IMG/VR virus record: IMGVR_UViG_3300021425_000188
Span: 1-24,375 of that record
From: a virus
Lineage: Duplodnaviria; Caudoviricetes
Reading direction: 5' to 3' (one strand)
DNA: 24,375 bases
The translations under genes were made by a program, and so were the position numbers. Each line of letters begins with the position of its first letter. Within the stretch, counting starts at the first letter, position 1. Positions 1 through 7,343 of the stretch are shown here, one piece after another. Below the pieces are notes generated by a model. The model searched no databases and was not told where the DNA came from. It worked only from the letters and a program-made list of their open reading frames with translations.

Positions 1-1412
1 ACTAATGAAGTACCGCTTATGGTATAATCATCTACAGCCTTTTGTTTTGCACCATTAAGCCAAACTTCTATTTCATCGTACCTATAAGCTTTGGTCATAG
101 TAACAGTATCTGATCCAGCTGTCACTGAGGGGAATTCATTTATATAAGAATTGTTTACAGCTATGTTTTTATATACGTGTATTTCTACAAGATCATTTGT
201 AACTAGTGGACTATCGAATGCAAGAGTAGTTCCGTTTACTGAAAAGTCTTCTACTTCTTTTAATCTGATACCATTTAGATAGACTGCAATTTCATCTAAT
301 CTATAGGCTGCACTCATTTGGACATTTGTGCTGGCATTGGTTACAACAGGATATTCAATAGCATAAGCTTTAGCAAGACCTGACTTTGTATCTACTACCG
401 TAACAAGATCTGCAGCGTCTAATGTTTCACCAAATGTTATTGTTGTGCCGCTCAGCGTGTAGTCGCTGTTGATACGCATAAGTGCACCGTTTAAATATAC
501 GTATAAAATTTCATTTGCTGCAAGTGCTGCACTAATTGTTACATCAGCTGAGCCGCCTGTTACAGTTGGATATTCAATATTGTAATCATTTAGAGTTACG
601 CCAAGTCTATCAAGATCTGCCAAAACATCTGCAAGGGTGCTACTCGTACTGTTTATAAATGCAGACGTATCAATTGCCACAGTATCTTCATCTACTGTGA
701 TAATTCCGTTACCGTCAATAGATACTCCTGCACCAGTGGTGGCTTCTTTGTATTTTGAACCGTTAAAGAATATAAGGGTATTAGTAGTTTGTCCTGCTAC
801 ATCTGTATCGTCAAGATCTACAAAGCTGGTAGTTGTACTGATACCTGTTAAGTTAGAACCATCTCCATAGAATGCACCTGCGTAAATATCGTTGCCTGTA
901 GCATTGCCACGTGACGTAACAGAGTCTAGTGTGCTAGTACTTGAAAAAGTAACAATGTTATGCACAGAGTCACTGCTGGTTACAACACTCATGTCATCGC
1001 CGTCTGTCAGCCTAAGTGTGGAATTTAATCTAACGTCGATTGTTGAACTAGTATCGTCTGATATAGTAAAGCCATCGTTGTAACCAATAATGTCGCCTGT
1101 TACTTCTAGATCGCCTATAACTACCGTGCGGTCAGATGCAGTTGCAGGTTGAAGTTCTAGATTTGCCACAGTGCTGGTTATATTAACATTACCGATATTA
1201 TAATTGTCCGCTACAGTGAGAAAATCTGTTTCAATTCTACTTGAATGAATAGTACCGTTTACATCTAAAGTGTACGCAGGCGAAGATTGTTTTACGCCTA
1301 TTCTGTTGTTTGTTACGTCAATATAAAGTAGATCGGTTTCAACTGCAAGGTCAATACCGTTTCTCTCAAGATTAGCTTTAAGTAACGGTCCTGATATACG
1401 ACCTACAGCCAT
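1..1412 (-). CDS. Virion/tail (fiber or baseplate-like) protein, 3' end outside window; not in ORF track
   Basis: Manual translation from ATG at 1412: MAVGRISGPLLKANLERNGIDLAVETDLLYIDVTNNRIGV...; open to the window edge; GGAGAG SD; 'AFYGDGSNLTGI' tail-fiber-type motif; at least 3 ~65-70 aa repeats E[YF]PxVT...V[YW]LNG...D[YF][TS]xxGT. Confidence 0.85.
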   Translation of the reverse strand, partial: MAVGRISGPLLKANLERNGIDLAVETDLLYIDVTNNRIGVKQSSPAYTLDVNGTIHSSRIETDFLTVADNYNIGNVNITSTVANLELQPATASDRTVVIGDLEVTGDIIGYNDGFTISDDTSSTIDVRLNSTLRLTDGDDMSVVTSSDSVHNIVTFSSTSTLDSVTSRGNATGNDIYAGAFYGDGSNLTGISTTTSFVDLDDTDVAGQTTNTLIFFNGSKYKEATTGAGVSIDGNGIITVDEDTVAIDTSAFINSTSSTLADVLADLDRLGVTLNDYNIEYPTVTGGSADVTISAALAANEILYVYLNGALMRINSDYTLSGTTITFGETLDAADLVTVVDTKSGLAKAYAIEYPVVTNASTNVQMSAAYRLDEIAVYLNGIRLKEVEDFSVNGTTLAFDSPLVTNDLVEIHVYKNIAVNNSYINEFPSVTAGSDTVTMTKAYRYDEIEVWLNGAKQKAVDDYTISGTSL

Positions 1413-1481
1413 GCACTCTCTCCACGGGGATCCTGTCCCTCCAACCACCTTGCATTGCGGGTTGACCACAGTTTGTAATAG

Positions 1482-1511
1482 TATTTATGCACAAGGCGGT
1501 ATTGATAAATA
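1482..1511. promoter_or_regulatory. Divergent pair of T4-like late promoters (TAAATA)
   Basis: gcaTAAATAc on - strand (1482-1487) and tgaTAAATAc on + strand (1506-1511), each upstream of a gene; matches the core of T4 late consensus TATAAATA. Confidence 0.7.
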
Positions 1512-1539
1512 CTGATATAAGAAGGCAGTAGAGGTTATC

Positions 1540-1812
1540 ATGCGAGCACGAGAGTTTACAATTAACATACCCATAAACATAAAAATTAATGGGGACGGTG
1601 AGCCTGAAATTGATATGGGCAATAGTGACACTGATCATGATGAACTTGACCAGAATCCTGTGTTTACTCCGCCTTTGCAACAAAATACAGAACTTGCAAA
1701 AGCCGCAAACGGAAAACGCAGCGGAGTGATTGATAAATTGCTAGCAGATCAATCAGACCATGGTTACGAAGAAGCTGAACAAGAAGTAGGCGATCCGAGA
1801 AGTCAGCAGTGA
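1540..1812 (+). CDS. Hypothetical acidic phage protein (90 aa)
   Basis: ATG with GAGGT SD after late promoter; N-terminus MRAREF resembles the shared N-terminal motif. Confidence 0.75.
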   Translation: MRAREFTINIPINIKINGDGEPEIDMGNSDTDHDELDQNPVFTPPLQQNTELAKAANGKRSGVIDKLLADQSDHGYEEAEQEVGDPRSQQ

Positions 1813-1822
1813 GGTAACTGCG

Positions 1823-2200
1823 GTGTCAGACTTTACACAAGATATATTTTCAAGTAGACGTAATGTAGGGGACGGTAACACTCGCATCGGCCAAAAAGGC
1901 AGGATATGGTATGATTCTATTACAAACACTATTAGGATATCAGATGGCGTAACACCAGGAGGAACAACTATAGCAAGTTTCTCCGGTGCATCTTCACGTA
2001 CAAAAGAATATCCAACTGTCACAGATGGCCAAGCTACAGTAGAACTTGGGGGGGCTGCTTATGATATTGATTCAATAGATGTATATCTTAATGGAGTGCT
2101 TCTAAGAGAAAATAGTGATTTTTCTTTATCAGGTACTACTCTCACATTCGCAAGTGACCTTGAGACAGGCGATTTAGTAACTGTTGTATCTCATGGTTAG
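1823..2200 (+). CDS. Small virion/tail-associated protein
   Basis: GTG start with GAGGT SD; N-terminal 'GRIWYD..TIRISDGVTPGG' (Mtd_N-like tail motif) plus one copy of the EYPTVT..VYLNG..DFSLSGTTLTF module found in the 1-1412 gene. Confidence 0.8.
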   Translation: MSDFTQDIFSSRRNVGDGNTRIGQKGRIWYDSITNTIRISDGVTPGGTTIASFSGASSRTKEYPTVTDGQATVELGGAAYDIDSIDVYLNGVLLRENSDFSLSGTTLTFASDLETGDLVTVVSHG

Positions 2201-2234
2201 AACATCAAAGTAATATTGCTGCAAAAAAATCTTT

Positions 2235-3077
2235 CTAATTGTCGACCAATAAGATGTCAAACGTACAAGTATATCTACCGTTGTTAGACAGCGTGTGCAT
2301 TCGAGCATCAATGTCTGTCTTTTCAGGGAATGATTGCGGAATAGGATATTCTAACTGATAAGGACTACCGCTTCCAACTACTTCAGCAATGTGTTTTACT
2401 TGAAAACTGCCTGCGCCACTTGCACGAGCATACAGTTTAAAGCTGCCTGAAGCAGATGCTTGCGCTGTGACATCAAGACGCATTAAGTAACCTGTTTTGC
2501 CTGCAGGTATGGTATAGATACTCATCAGTGTCTGGCCTATATTCTCTAGTATCTTTGCCACTGTGGTGCCGCCTGACTTGATCAGTATGCGTTTTGTGTT
2601 TGGATCAAAGCCGCTAGCAGCAGTAAATCTTGCTCTGTAAATTCTCTTGTAGTTGTTTGTTGTAGTAGCACTTGAACCTGAAATAGTTACAGTTTCAGTT
2701 TGAATGTTAAAGTTGCTGTCCAGTCCTTGTATTTCTACTGAATCGCCGTTGAGGTCTGTGCTAGAGTTATTCTCGTTGTTTGGCTCAACAACACTCACAG
2801 TAAGCACACCGTTAGAGTCAATAGTGCTCCAAGGATAGACAGTATCGTTCTCATCCCAAATAGTGCCATTAGTGTTTTGGCTCATAGCAGGCACAGCACC
2901 GAACTTGTGTATTTCGCCAAATCCAGCAGGCAAGTTAATACTGTTGTACAGGTCGCCGCCAACAGTTCTAATTACAGGCTGCCCAACAGCATTATAATCC
3001 ATAGCCTTGTGGATATTGACTTGATTAGGTTCATTTGAATGTGTATAACTAGTGCTGTTTGGTATGTGGTTAGGCAT
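2235..3077 (-). CDS. Putative virion structural protein (280 aa, beta-rich)
   Basis: Long ORF, TAATG coupling to upstream gene, Thr/Ser/Gly/Asn-rich, in a late operon. Confidence 0.75.
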   Translation of the reverse strand: MPNHIPNSTSYTHSNEPNQVNIHKAMDYNAVGQPVIRTVGGDLYNSINLPAGFGEIHKFGAVPAMSQNTNGTIWDENDTVYPWSTIDSNGVLTVSVVEPNNENNSSTDLNGDSVEIQGLDSNFNIQTETVTISGSSATTTNNYKRIYRARFTAASGFDPNTKRILIKSGGTTVAKILENIGQTLMSIYTIPAGKTGYLMRLDVTAQASASGSFKLYARASGAGSFQVKHIAEVVGSGSPYQLEYPIPQSFPEKTDIDARMHTLSNNGRYTCTFDILLVDN

Positions 3078-3538
3078 TAAGTCCAGGGTCTCCCTGCATC
3101 AAGAGTTCCGGTATTCTCGTCATCATCAGGATTATAAGCATTTGCTTCGTAAGGATTAGGAAGTCTTGTTTTGTTCCATGTGTTTGCTGCTCTATAATAT
3201 GCTGCGTTTGTATCTGCTGCTGCTAAACCTTTACGTTTAGCACTAGCAATTGCACCTCTATATTCTTGACGGACTTCTTTATTGCCAGATTGATCAGCAA
3301 CACAAATTACTAGATCTCCTTCAGCAATACCAGCTGCTGTAAGGGTATCACTGCCGTTATTTGTTTGATTGATCGAAGGATCACTATCAGCTCTGACATC
3401 ACCGTACATTGCAGTAGTTACAGGTGAACCTTCTACAGCCTGTGCTAGTGCAGTGAGGCCATTCATTGTTGTTGATCCCATAGTGACAGTAAGATCAAAC
3501 ACTACGCCTGTGAGTCCTTTGCACTTAATTGTTGCCAT
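3077..3538 (-). CDS. Protein with N-terminal ubiquitin-like (beta-grasp) domain
   Basis: IKCKGLTG..L.V...STTM..L.A..Q..EG.P and TL...GI.EGDLVICV align by eye to ubiquitin IFVKTLTG..L.V..SDTI..V.A..Q..EG.P and TL...NI.KESTLHLV; TAATG coupling on both sides. The CDS is solid; the fold call is inference. Confidence 0.7.
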   Translation of the reverse strand: MATIKCKGLTGVVFDLTVTMGSTTMNGLTALAQAVEGSPVTTAMYGDVRADSDPSINQTNNGSDTLTAAGIAEGDLVICVADQSGNKEVRQEYRGAIASAKRKGLAAADTNAAYYRAANTWNKTRLPNPYEANAYNPDDDENTGTLDAGRPWT

Positions 3539-3828
3539 TATTCGTAGCCCCTTGGATCTTTTACCCTAATATCTGCAGGGTGTTTCGGTCCATTTACTCC
3601 ACCGCCTGCATGTGTTGTAACACTAGCTACAGGTTCTATAATTTCATTTGGTGAATTATCGTAACCGCGATTAGGATCGTTTAACATTGAAAAAATCTGT
3701 TTAAAACGGCCCTCGGGCGGTTGCTCGCAAGGAGACACAGGAACAATCTCAACTTGCTCCTGTTCTTCGTGTGCTTCTAATTTATCTAAAAGGTCTAGTA
3801 CTGATCGTACAAGGTCTTTAGCTCTCAT
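3538..3828 (-). CDS. Hypothetical phage protein (96 aa)
   Basis: AGGAG SD, TAAATA promoter at 3848-3853; first gene of a 3-gene coupled operon. Confidence 0.8.
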   Translation of the reverse strand: MRAKDLVRSVLDLLDKLEAHEEQEQVEIVPVSPCEQPPEGRFKQIFSMLNDPNRGYDNSPNEIIEPVASVTTHAGGGVNGPKHPADIRVKDPRGYE

Positions 3829-3847
3829 TGCATACTCCTGTATGCAA

Positions 3848-3853
3848 TATTTA
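3848..3853 (-). promoter_or_regulatory. Late promoter TAAATA
   Basis: gcTAAATAtt on - strand, 20 nt upstream of the 3828 ATG. Confidence 0.6.
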
Positions 3854-3860
3854 GCCCTTT

Positions 3861-4043
3861 TTAGCGATCAGGATGAGGAACTAATTCGTAATCGCCGTTG
3901 GATTTTTCTCTATACTTTAAAAAACCATTTGCAATAAGGTTTGCTACAGTGTTTTCTGTAGCTTGATTTTTACCATCCAGCTTACCTAAAAAATAAGCCA
4001 AGGCGCTTACACCAACAAAAATTGCAATATGAGTTAGGGTCAT
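3861..4043 (-). CDS. Small membrane protein (60 aa, N-terminal TM helix)
   Basis: AGGA SD; hydrophobic IAIFVGVSALAYFLG; sigma70-like promoter upstream. Confidence 0.75.
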   Translation of the reverse strand: MTLTHIAIFVGVSALAYFLGKLDGKNQATENTVANLIANGFLKYREKSNGDYELVPHPDR

Positions 4044-4071
4044 TGTGTTTTCCTAAACGTTGTTCTAACTG

Positions 4072-4104
4072 TATTTACTTTAACACAATACAAAATTATG
4101 TCAA
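4072..4104 (-). promoter_or_regulatory. sigma70-like promoter overlapping a TAAATA element
   Basis: - strand TTGACA-N16-TAAAGT with extended TG, overlapping TAAATA (4072-4077). Confidence 0.55.
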
Positions 4105-4147
4105 GAAAAATTCAATAAATACCAGTGCTACAACGGAGGATTTTACA

Positions 4148-4357
4148 ATGTCATTAAAAAAAATTGCCTTAGAGTTGGAGCTTGGACAAGAAATACTAGT
4201 TGGTAAAAACAACGAACGTGCTAAAATCACAAAAATAGAATTTCACGAGAAAACAGGAGTTGTGTCACTAAACACAACTCGTGGTCCAAGATCTGCACTT
4301 ACTTTCAAACTTTCTCCACAAAAGTATTACGAGAATGTAGCAGACAAGTATCGCTGA
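4148..4357 (+). CDS. Hypothetical small beta-rich protein (69 aa; start revised from 4022)
   Basis: GGAGGA SD at 4135-4140 and TAAATA at 4116-4121 precede ATG 4148 (MSLKKIALELELGQEILVG...). Confidence 0.8.
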   Translation: MSLKKIALELELGQEILVGKNNERAKITKIEFHEKTGVVSLNTTRGPRSALTFKLSPQKYYENVADKYR

Positions 4358-4368
4358 TAAATAACAGT

Positions 4369-4644
4369 ATGAAAATTGTCGATATTACAATTCACGAAGA
4401 CGATATTGAAGAATGGAAAGCAAGTAAAGATACTTGCAAGAAAACCACTCCTATAGGTGCTAGTGCTGAAGCAAGTTGTAAAGCACAGGGTCTTCGTGCT
4501 AGAGATACTAAAAAAACACAGAAAATAGGCAGGCGCAGGGTTAAGCTAGGTGGCACTAGAAGGAAAAGCACTACATATGGCGGACCTGTAAAAGATTACG
4601 GTTCAAGAGATAGATTACCAGGTGGTCGCGGAAGACTCAGATAA
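4369..4644 (+). CDS. Basic putative internal head protein
   Basis: Acidic leader MKIVDITIHEDDIEE followed by a K/R/G-rich body with two Cys; TAAATA at 4358-4363. Confidence 0.75.
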   Translation: MKIVDITIHEDDIEEWKASKDTCKKTTPIGASAEASCKAQGLRARDTKKTQKIGRRRVKLGGTRRKSTTYGGPVKDYGSRDRLPGGRGRLR

Positions 4645-5363
4645 TGAGAAGTAAAGAATTTGTATTCGAGTCTGATCTTAAACTGCTTTATCACTCTATG
4701 ACTTATGAAAAGGCTGTAAGAATACTGATCAATAACGGTCTTGAAGTAAATGTAGAAGATGCAATTCCTGTTGCAAAAGATAGTTTTATAAGTTTTAGTA
4801 GATCACCTAGCAATCAATATGTTACTGAATTCTTAGACAGAGCAGTTACTTTTGAAATTAATCAAGAAAAATTAGAACAAGCACTGCAAACTAGACAAGG
4901 TAAGTCACCAGGTAGGTCCTATAAATTAGGGCCATTTACACTAGGACAAGTTTTCGACGATGAATTAGAAACTAGGTTAGACCTAGAAGGCAAACAACCT
5001 GTTATTGGTCTTAAAAAATTTGTTAGAGCAGTTCATGTATGGCCAACAGAAGCAATACAAACTGTTGCAAAATACGACGAAACAGGATATATACCTGACA
5101 GGTACAAAGACGGCACTGAACTTACAAAACAGAATTATGTAAAATACATAGATGTTGTAAGGAAACATTCACAGCCTGATTTAGAATTATTAGATCAAGT
5201 GTTAGAAATGGCAGAGAAAAGAGGCATAAGAACTCATGTGTACTTGAATAGAAAAGACTTCTTAGGAAAACGTATTCATAAAAGTCTAAGACCAAACGGT
5301 AGAACTCTAAGGCAAATTTTTAAAGCAGCATTAGCAATTGTAACAAGAGGTAGAATAAGATGA
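4644..5363 (+). CDS. Putative ADP-ribosyltransferase-like internal virion protein
   Basis: Motif order LYH ... ISFSRS ... VTFEIN ... ELE fits the ART fold strands (H/R, S-x-S, E-x-E); N-terminus MRSKEFVFE; CDS certain, function inferred. Confidence 0.55.
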   Translation: MRSKEFVFESDLKLLYHSMTYEKAVRILINNGLEVNVEDAIPVAKDSFISFSRSPSNQYVTEFLDRAVTFEINQEKLEQALQTRQGKSPGRSYKLGPFTLGQVFDDELETRLDLEGKQPVIGLKKFVRAVHVWPTEAIQTVAKYDETGYIPDRYKDGTELTKQNYVKYIDVVRKHSQPDLELLDQVLEMAEKRGIRTHVYLNRKDFLGKRIHKSLRPNGRTLRQIFKAALAIVTRGRIR

Positions 5364-6028
5364 GATTCAGTGAAATTATAACCGAGGACTGGTGGAATCC
5401 TTTTACCTGGGGTAAAAAAGATACTTATCCGCAAGACGCAAGAGACGAAATGGATGCAGCAGTAGCATCTTCTACAGCAAGAGCAGCGCAAAGTTCCGGA
5501 CGTGGCGACGGCGATGCCGAAGTAGCAAGGCGTAACGCACCTCCAATGCCCAAGCAACGACCAGACGTTGTAACAGCAGCTATTGCTAGAGCTGCTAAAG
5601 AGTTAGGTATAGCACCTAGCGCTCTGCGTGCTATTGTAAAAACGGAGTCTAACTTTGATTCAACCGCAGTGTCGCCAAGCGGGAATCACTACGGCGCTAC
5701 ACAAATACACAAGAATCACTTTCCAATGGGAGGTATGACTGCTGATGAATTTAGAGCAGCACCACTAGATGAGCAAATAGCAGTATATCCTCAGTGGGCA
5801 AAAAGCTATCGTATGCTAGAGAAGTTTCCTAACATAGGAACATATCAGCCGGCAGTACAAGCAGCTATAATGCAGGCATTTCAGTTTTCTCCAAACGGTT
5901 CTAAATGGCAGAAAGCATTTCACAATCAAAACTATGACGTGCCTGTTACAAAGAGTCAGCAAGCAGGTAAGCTAGGCACAACTAGTATACGTGATATGTA
6001 CACTTATTTTGTAGGATTGGGGTTGTAG
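5360..6028 (+). CDS. SLT-domain lytic transglycosylase, probably virion-associated
   Basis: AAKELGIAPSALRAIVKTESNFDSTAVS...YGATQI carries the SLT catalytic ES motif and a GxxQ motif; N-terminus MRFSEIITE; ATGA coupling. Confidence 0.8.
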   Translation: MRFSEIITEDWWNPFTWGKKDTYPQDARDEMDAAVASSTARAAQSSGRGDGDAEVARRNAPPMPKQRPDVVTAAIARAAKELGIAPSALRAIVKTESNFDSTAVSPSGNHYGATQIHKNHFPMGGMTADEFRAAPLDEQIAVYPQWAKSYRMLEKFPNIGTYQPAVQAAIMQAFQFSPNGSKWQKAFHNQNYDVPVTKSQQAGKLGTTSIRDMYTYFVGLGL

Positions 6029-6051
6029 ATTTCTTTAACCTAGTATATTAT
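6023..6051 (+). promoter_or_regulatory. Possible sigma70 promoter for the HNH gene
   Basis: TTGTAG-N17-TATTAT. Confidence 0.4.
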
Positions 6052-6088
6052 AAAAGCATTAACAATTTCTATTTAGGAAGCATGACAA

Positions 6089-6598
6089 ATGCCTGACGTT
6101 CTAGTGTTAAATGCCGATGCAAGACCGCTGTCATATCTACCGTTGAGTTTGGTAGAATGGAAAGAAGCTATCACATATATGTGTTTAGATAAGTGCGCAG
6201 TTTTAGAATGGTATGATGACTGGATTGTAAGTTCCCCAAGTTGGGAAACTCGTGTGCCTGCTGTGATCATGTTAAAAGATATGTATAAGCGAAAAACACA
6301 TCCTAGATTTTCAAAAAACAATGTGTACCTACGTGATATGAACACTTGCCAATACTGCGGGAATGAATTTTCAAAACATGATCTTACATTAGATCATGTA
6401 TTGCCAATATCTAAAGGTGGTAAAACAAATTGGACTAATATTGTAACTGCATGTAAAAGCTGCAATGTTAAAAAAGGTAGTCGGACTGATGTCAGTCCGT
6501 TACGACGGCCGTATAGGCCAGATTATTATGAGCTAGTACACAAAAGGAAACAATTAAAATTTGAACTGCGGCAAGAAAGTTGGAAGCAGTACATATAA
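6089..6598 (+). CDS. HNH endonuclease (McrA-like/HNH_5 type)
   Basis: VLVLNA N-terminus; RD..TCQYCG; TLDHVLP.SKGG; WTNIVTACKSCNVKKG. Confidence 0.92.
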   Translation: MPDVLVLNADARPLSYLPLSLVEWKEAITYMCLDKCAVLEWYDDWIVSSPSWETRVPAVIMLKDMYKRKTHPRFSKNNVYLRDMNTCQYCGNEFSKHDLTLDHVLPISKGGKTNWTNIVTACKSCNVKKGSRTDVSPLRRPYRPDYYELVHKRKQLKFELRQESWKQYI

Positions 6599-6624
6599 AA
6601 AAAGGAGCACTAGGCTCCTTTTTT
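6597..6624. terminator. Bidirectional intrinsic terminator
   Basis: aaaaaaGGAGC-actag-GCTCCtttttt between convergent genes. Confidence 0.85.
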
Positions 6625-6759
6625 ATTCTTATTATCCGTATCAGTAATACTTATACCGTGATAGTCTAGTATATGTTGATAACGAGCTAGCGCTCTACGT
6701 GCTCTAGCTTCGCCTACAGCTTTCATTGCGTTGCCAACGCCTTTCCAAAATGAGTTCAT
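6610..6759 (-). CDS. Microprotein (49 aa), DUF1127/YjiS-like
   Basis: Manual translation MNSFWKGVGNAMKAVGEARARRALARYQHILDYHGISITDTDNKNKKGA; TAATG coupling; RARRALAR..HIL..HGI loosely resembles the DUF1127 R.RR.L..L..H.L.DIG pattern. Confidence 0.65.
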   Translation of the reverse strand: MNSFWKGVGNAMKAVGEARARRALARYQHILDYHGISITDTDNKNKKGA

Positions 6760-6929
6760 TAGTTATGGTTCCATACATCTAGTGTTGTTTTATAATATTT
6801 TTGAAAAGGAGCTTCTCCCCTATTCAACATTTGCTGCCTATTCTCAAGATCATAAATGTCATGAGCATTAGCCAAATAACGTTCTTCGTCAGAACGTCTA
6901 TCAAAAAGAGACTTAATAAATTTACGCAT
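6759..6929 (-). CDS. Microprotein (56 aa), DUF3563-like
   Basis: MRKFIKSLFDRRSDEERYLANAHDIYDLENRQQMLNRGEAPFQKYYKTTLDVWNHN; E.YLA.A.DIYDLE.R pattern characteristic of DUF3563. Confidence 0.75.
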   Translation of the reverse strand: MRKFIKSLFDRRSDEERYLANAHDIYDLENRQQMLNRGEAPFQKYYKTTLDVWNHN

Positions 6930-7026
6930 CGTTGTCAGTTCCGATTATTGTGCCATGAAAATTTACTTCCCAAGGCATTTCAAATAGGGTTAAAAATTTT
7001 TTTATTTTTTGATGTATAATTTTCAT
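6922..7026 (-). CDS. Microprotein (34 aa)
   Basis: MKIIHQKIKKFLTLFEMPWEVNFHGTIIGTDNDA; TAATG coupling upstream and 8-nt overlap with the next start, filling the gap exactly. Confidence 0.55.
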   Translation of the reverse strand: MKIIHQKIKKFLTLFEMPWEVNFHGTIIGTDNDA

Positions 7027-7184
7027 TACTTTTTAATCCTATCACGAATTCCACGAATAGCAGTATCACGTGGAATGCCATTTTGCATCAAACTACGAAT
7101 TTCTCTGCCATATTCGAACGCTACATATTGGTCAAGGGCAGCGTCTCTTGCTCTTTTTTCGAAGAGCCGTCCTATGTTTAACAT
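7026..7184 (-). CDS. Microprotein (52 aa)
   Basis: MLNIGRLFEKRARDAALDQYVAFEYGREIRSLMQNGIPRDTAIRGIRDRIKK; AAGGA SD. Confidence 0.7.
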   Translation of the reverse strand: MLNIGRLFEKRARDAALDQYVAFEYGREIRSLMQNGIPRDTAIRGIRDRIKK

Positions 7185-7249
7185 CTATTAAGTCCTTTTT
7201 TGTAAGTTTAGTAGTAAAATCTAGAGAAAGAAAAAGTTTTTACTAACTC

Positions 7250-7325
7250 TATTTACATCAACTATAACATAAAAAAGGGGCTTTAATAGCCCCTTTTCAT
7301 GCAAACGATCTTTGCGTTACGTGCA
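7250..7325 (-). promoter_or_regulatory. Promoter region of microprotein operon: LysR-type dyad, extended -10, TAAATA
   Basis: TGC-N7-GCA (T-N11-A) at 7313-7325; TGT-TATAGT -10 at 7261-7266; TAAATA at 7250-7255. Confidence 0.45.
7271..7297. terminator. Intrinsic terminator downstream of the lipase gene
   Basis: aaaaGGGGCT-ttaat-AGCCCCtttt with a U6 tail on the - strand. Confidence 0.8.
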
Positions 7326-7343
7326 TAAGTTACAGTAATATTA

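Noticed and set aside
637-1083. + strand ORFs 637-870 and 892-1083
   Set aside because: Antisense shadows of the long - strand tail gene; no SD or promoter
1378-1683. 101-aa - strand ORF, including a possible uORF MQGGWRDRIP... in the GC-rich leader
   Set aside because: Crosses two promoters and overlaps genes on both sides; the internal ATG has no clear SD; RNA structure explains the region better, though a uORF is not excluded
6089-6598. HNH gene as a homing endonuclease or mobile element
   Set aside because: Zinc-binding McrA-like architecture, no interrupted gene, no flanking repeats or intron structure
6801-7191. + strand ORFs 6801-7019 and 7009-7191
   Set aside because: TTG starts without SD, downstream of a terminator, antisense to the tiled microprotein operon
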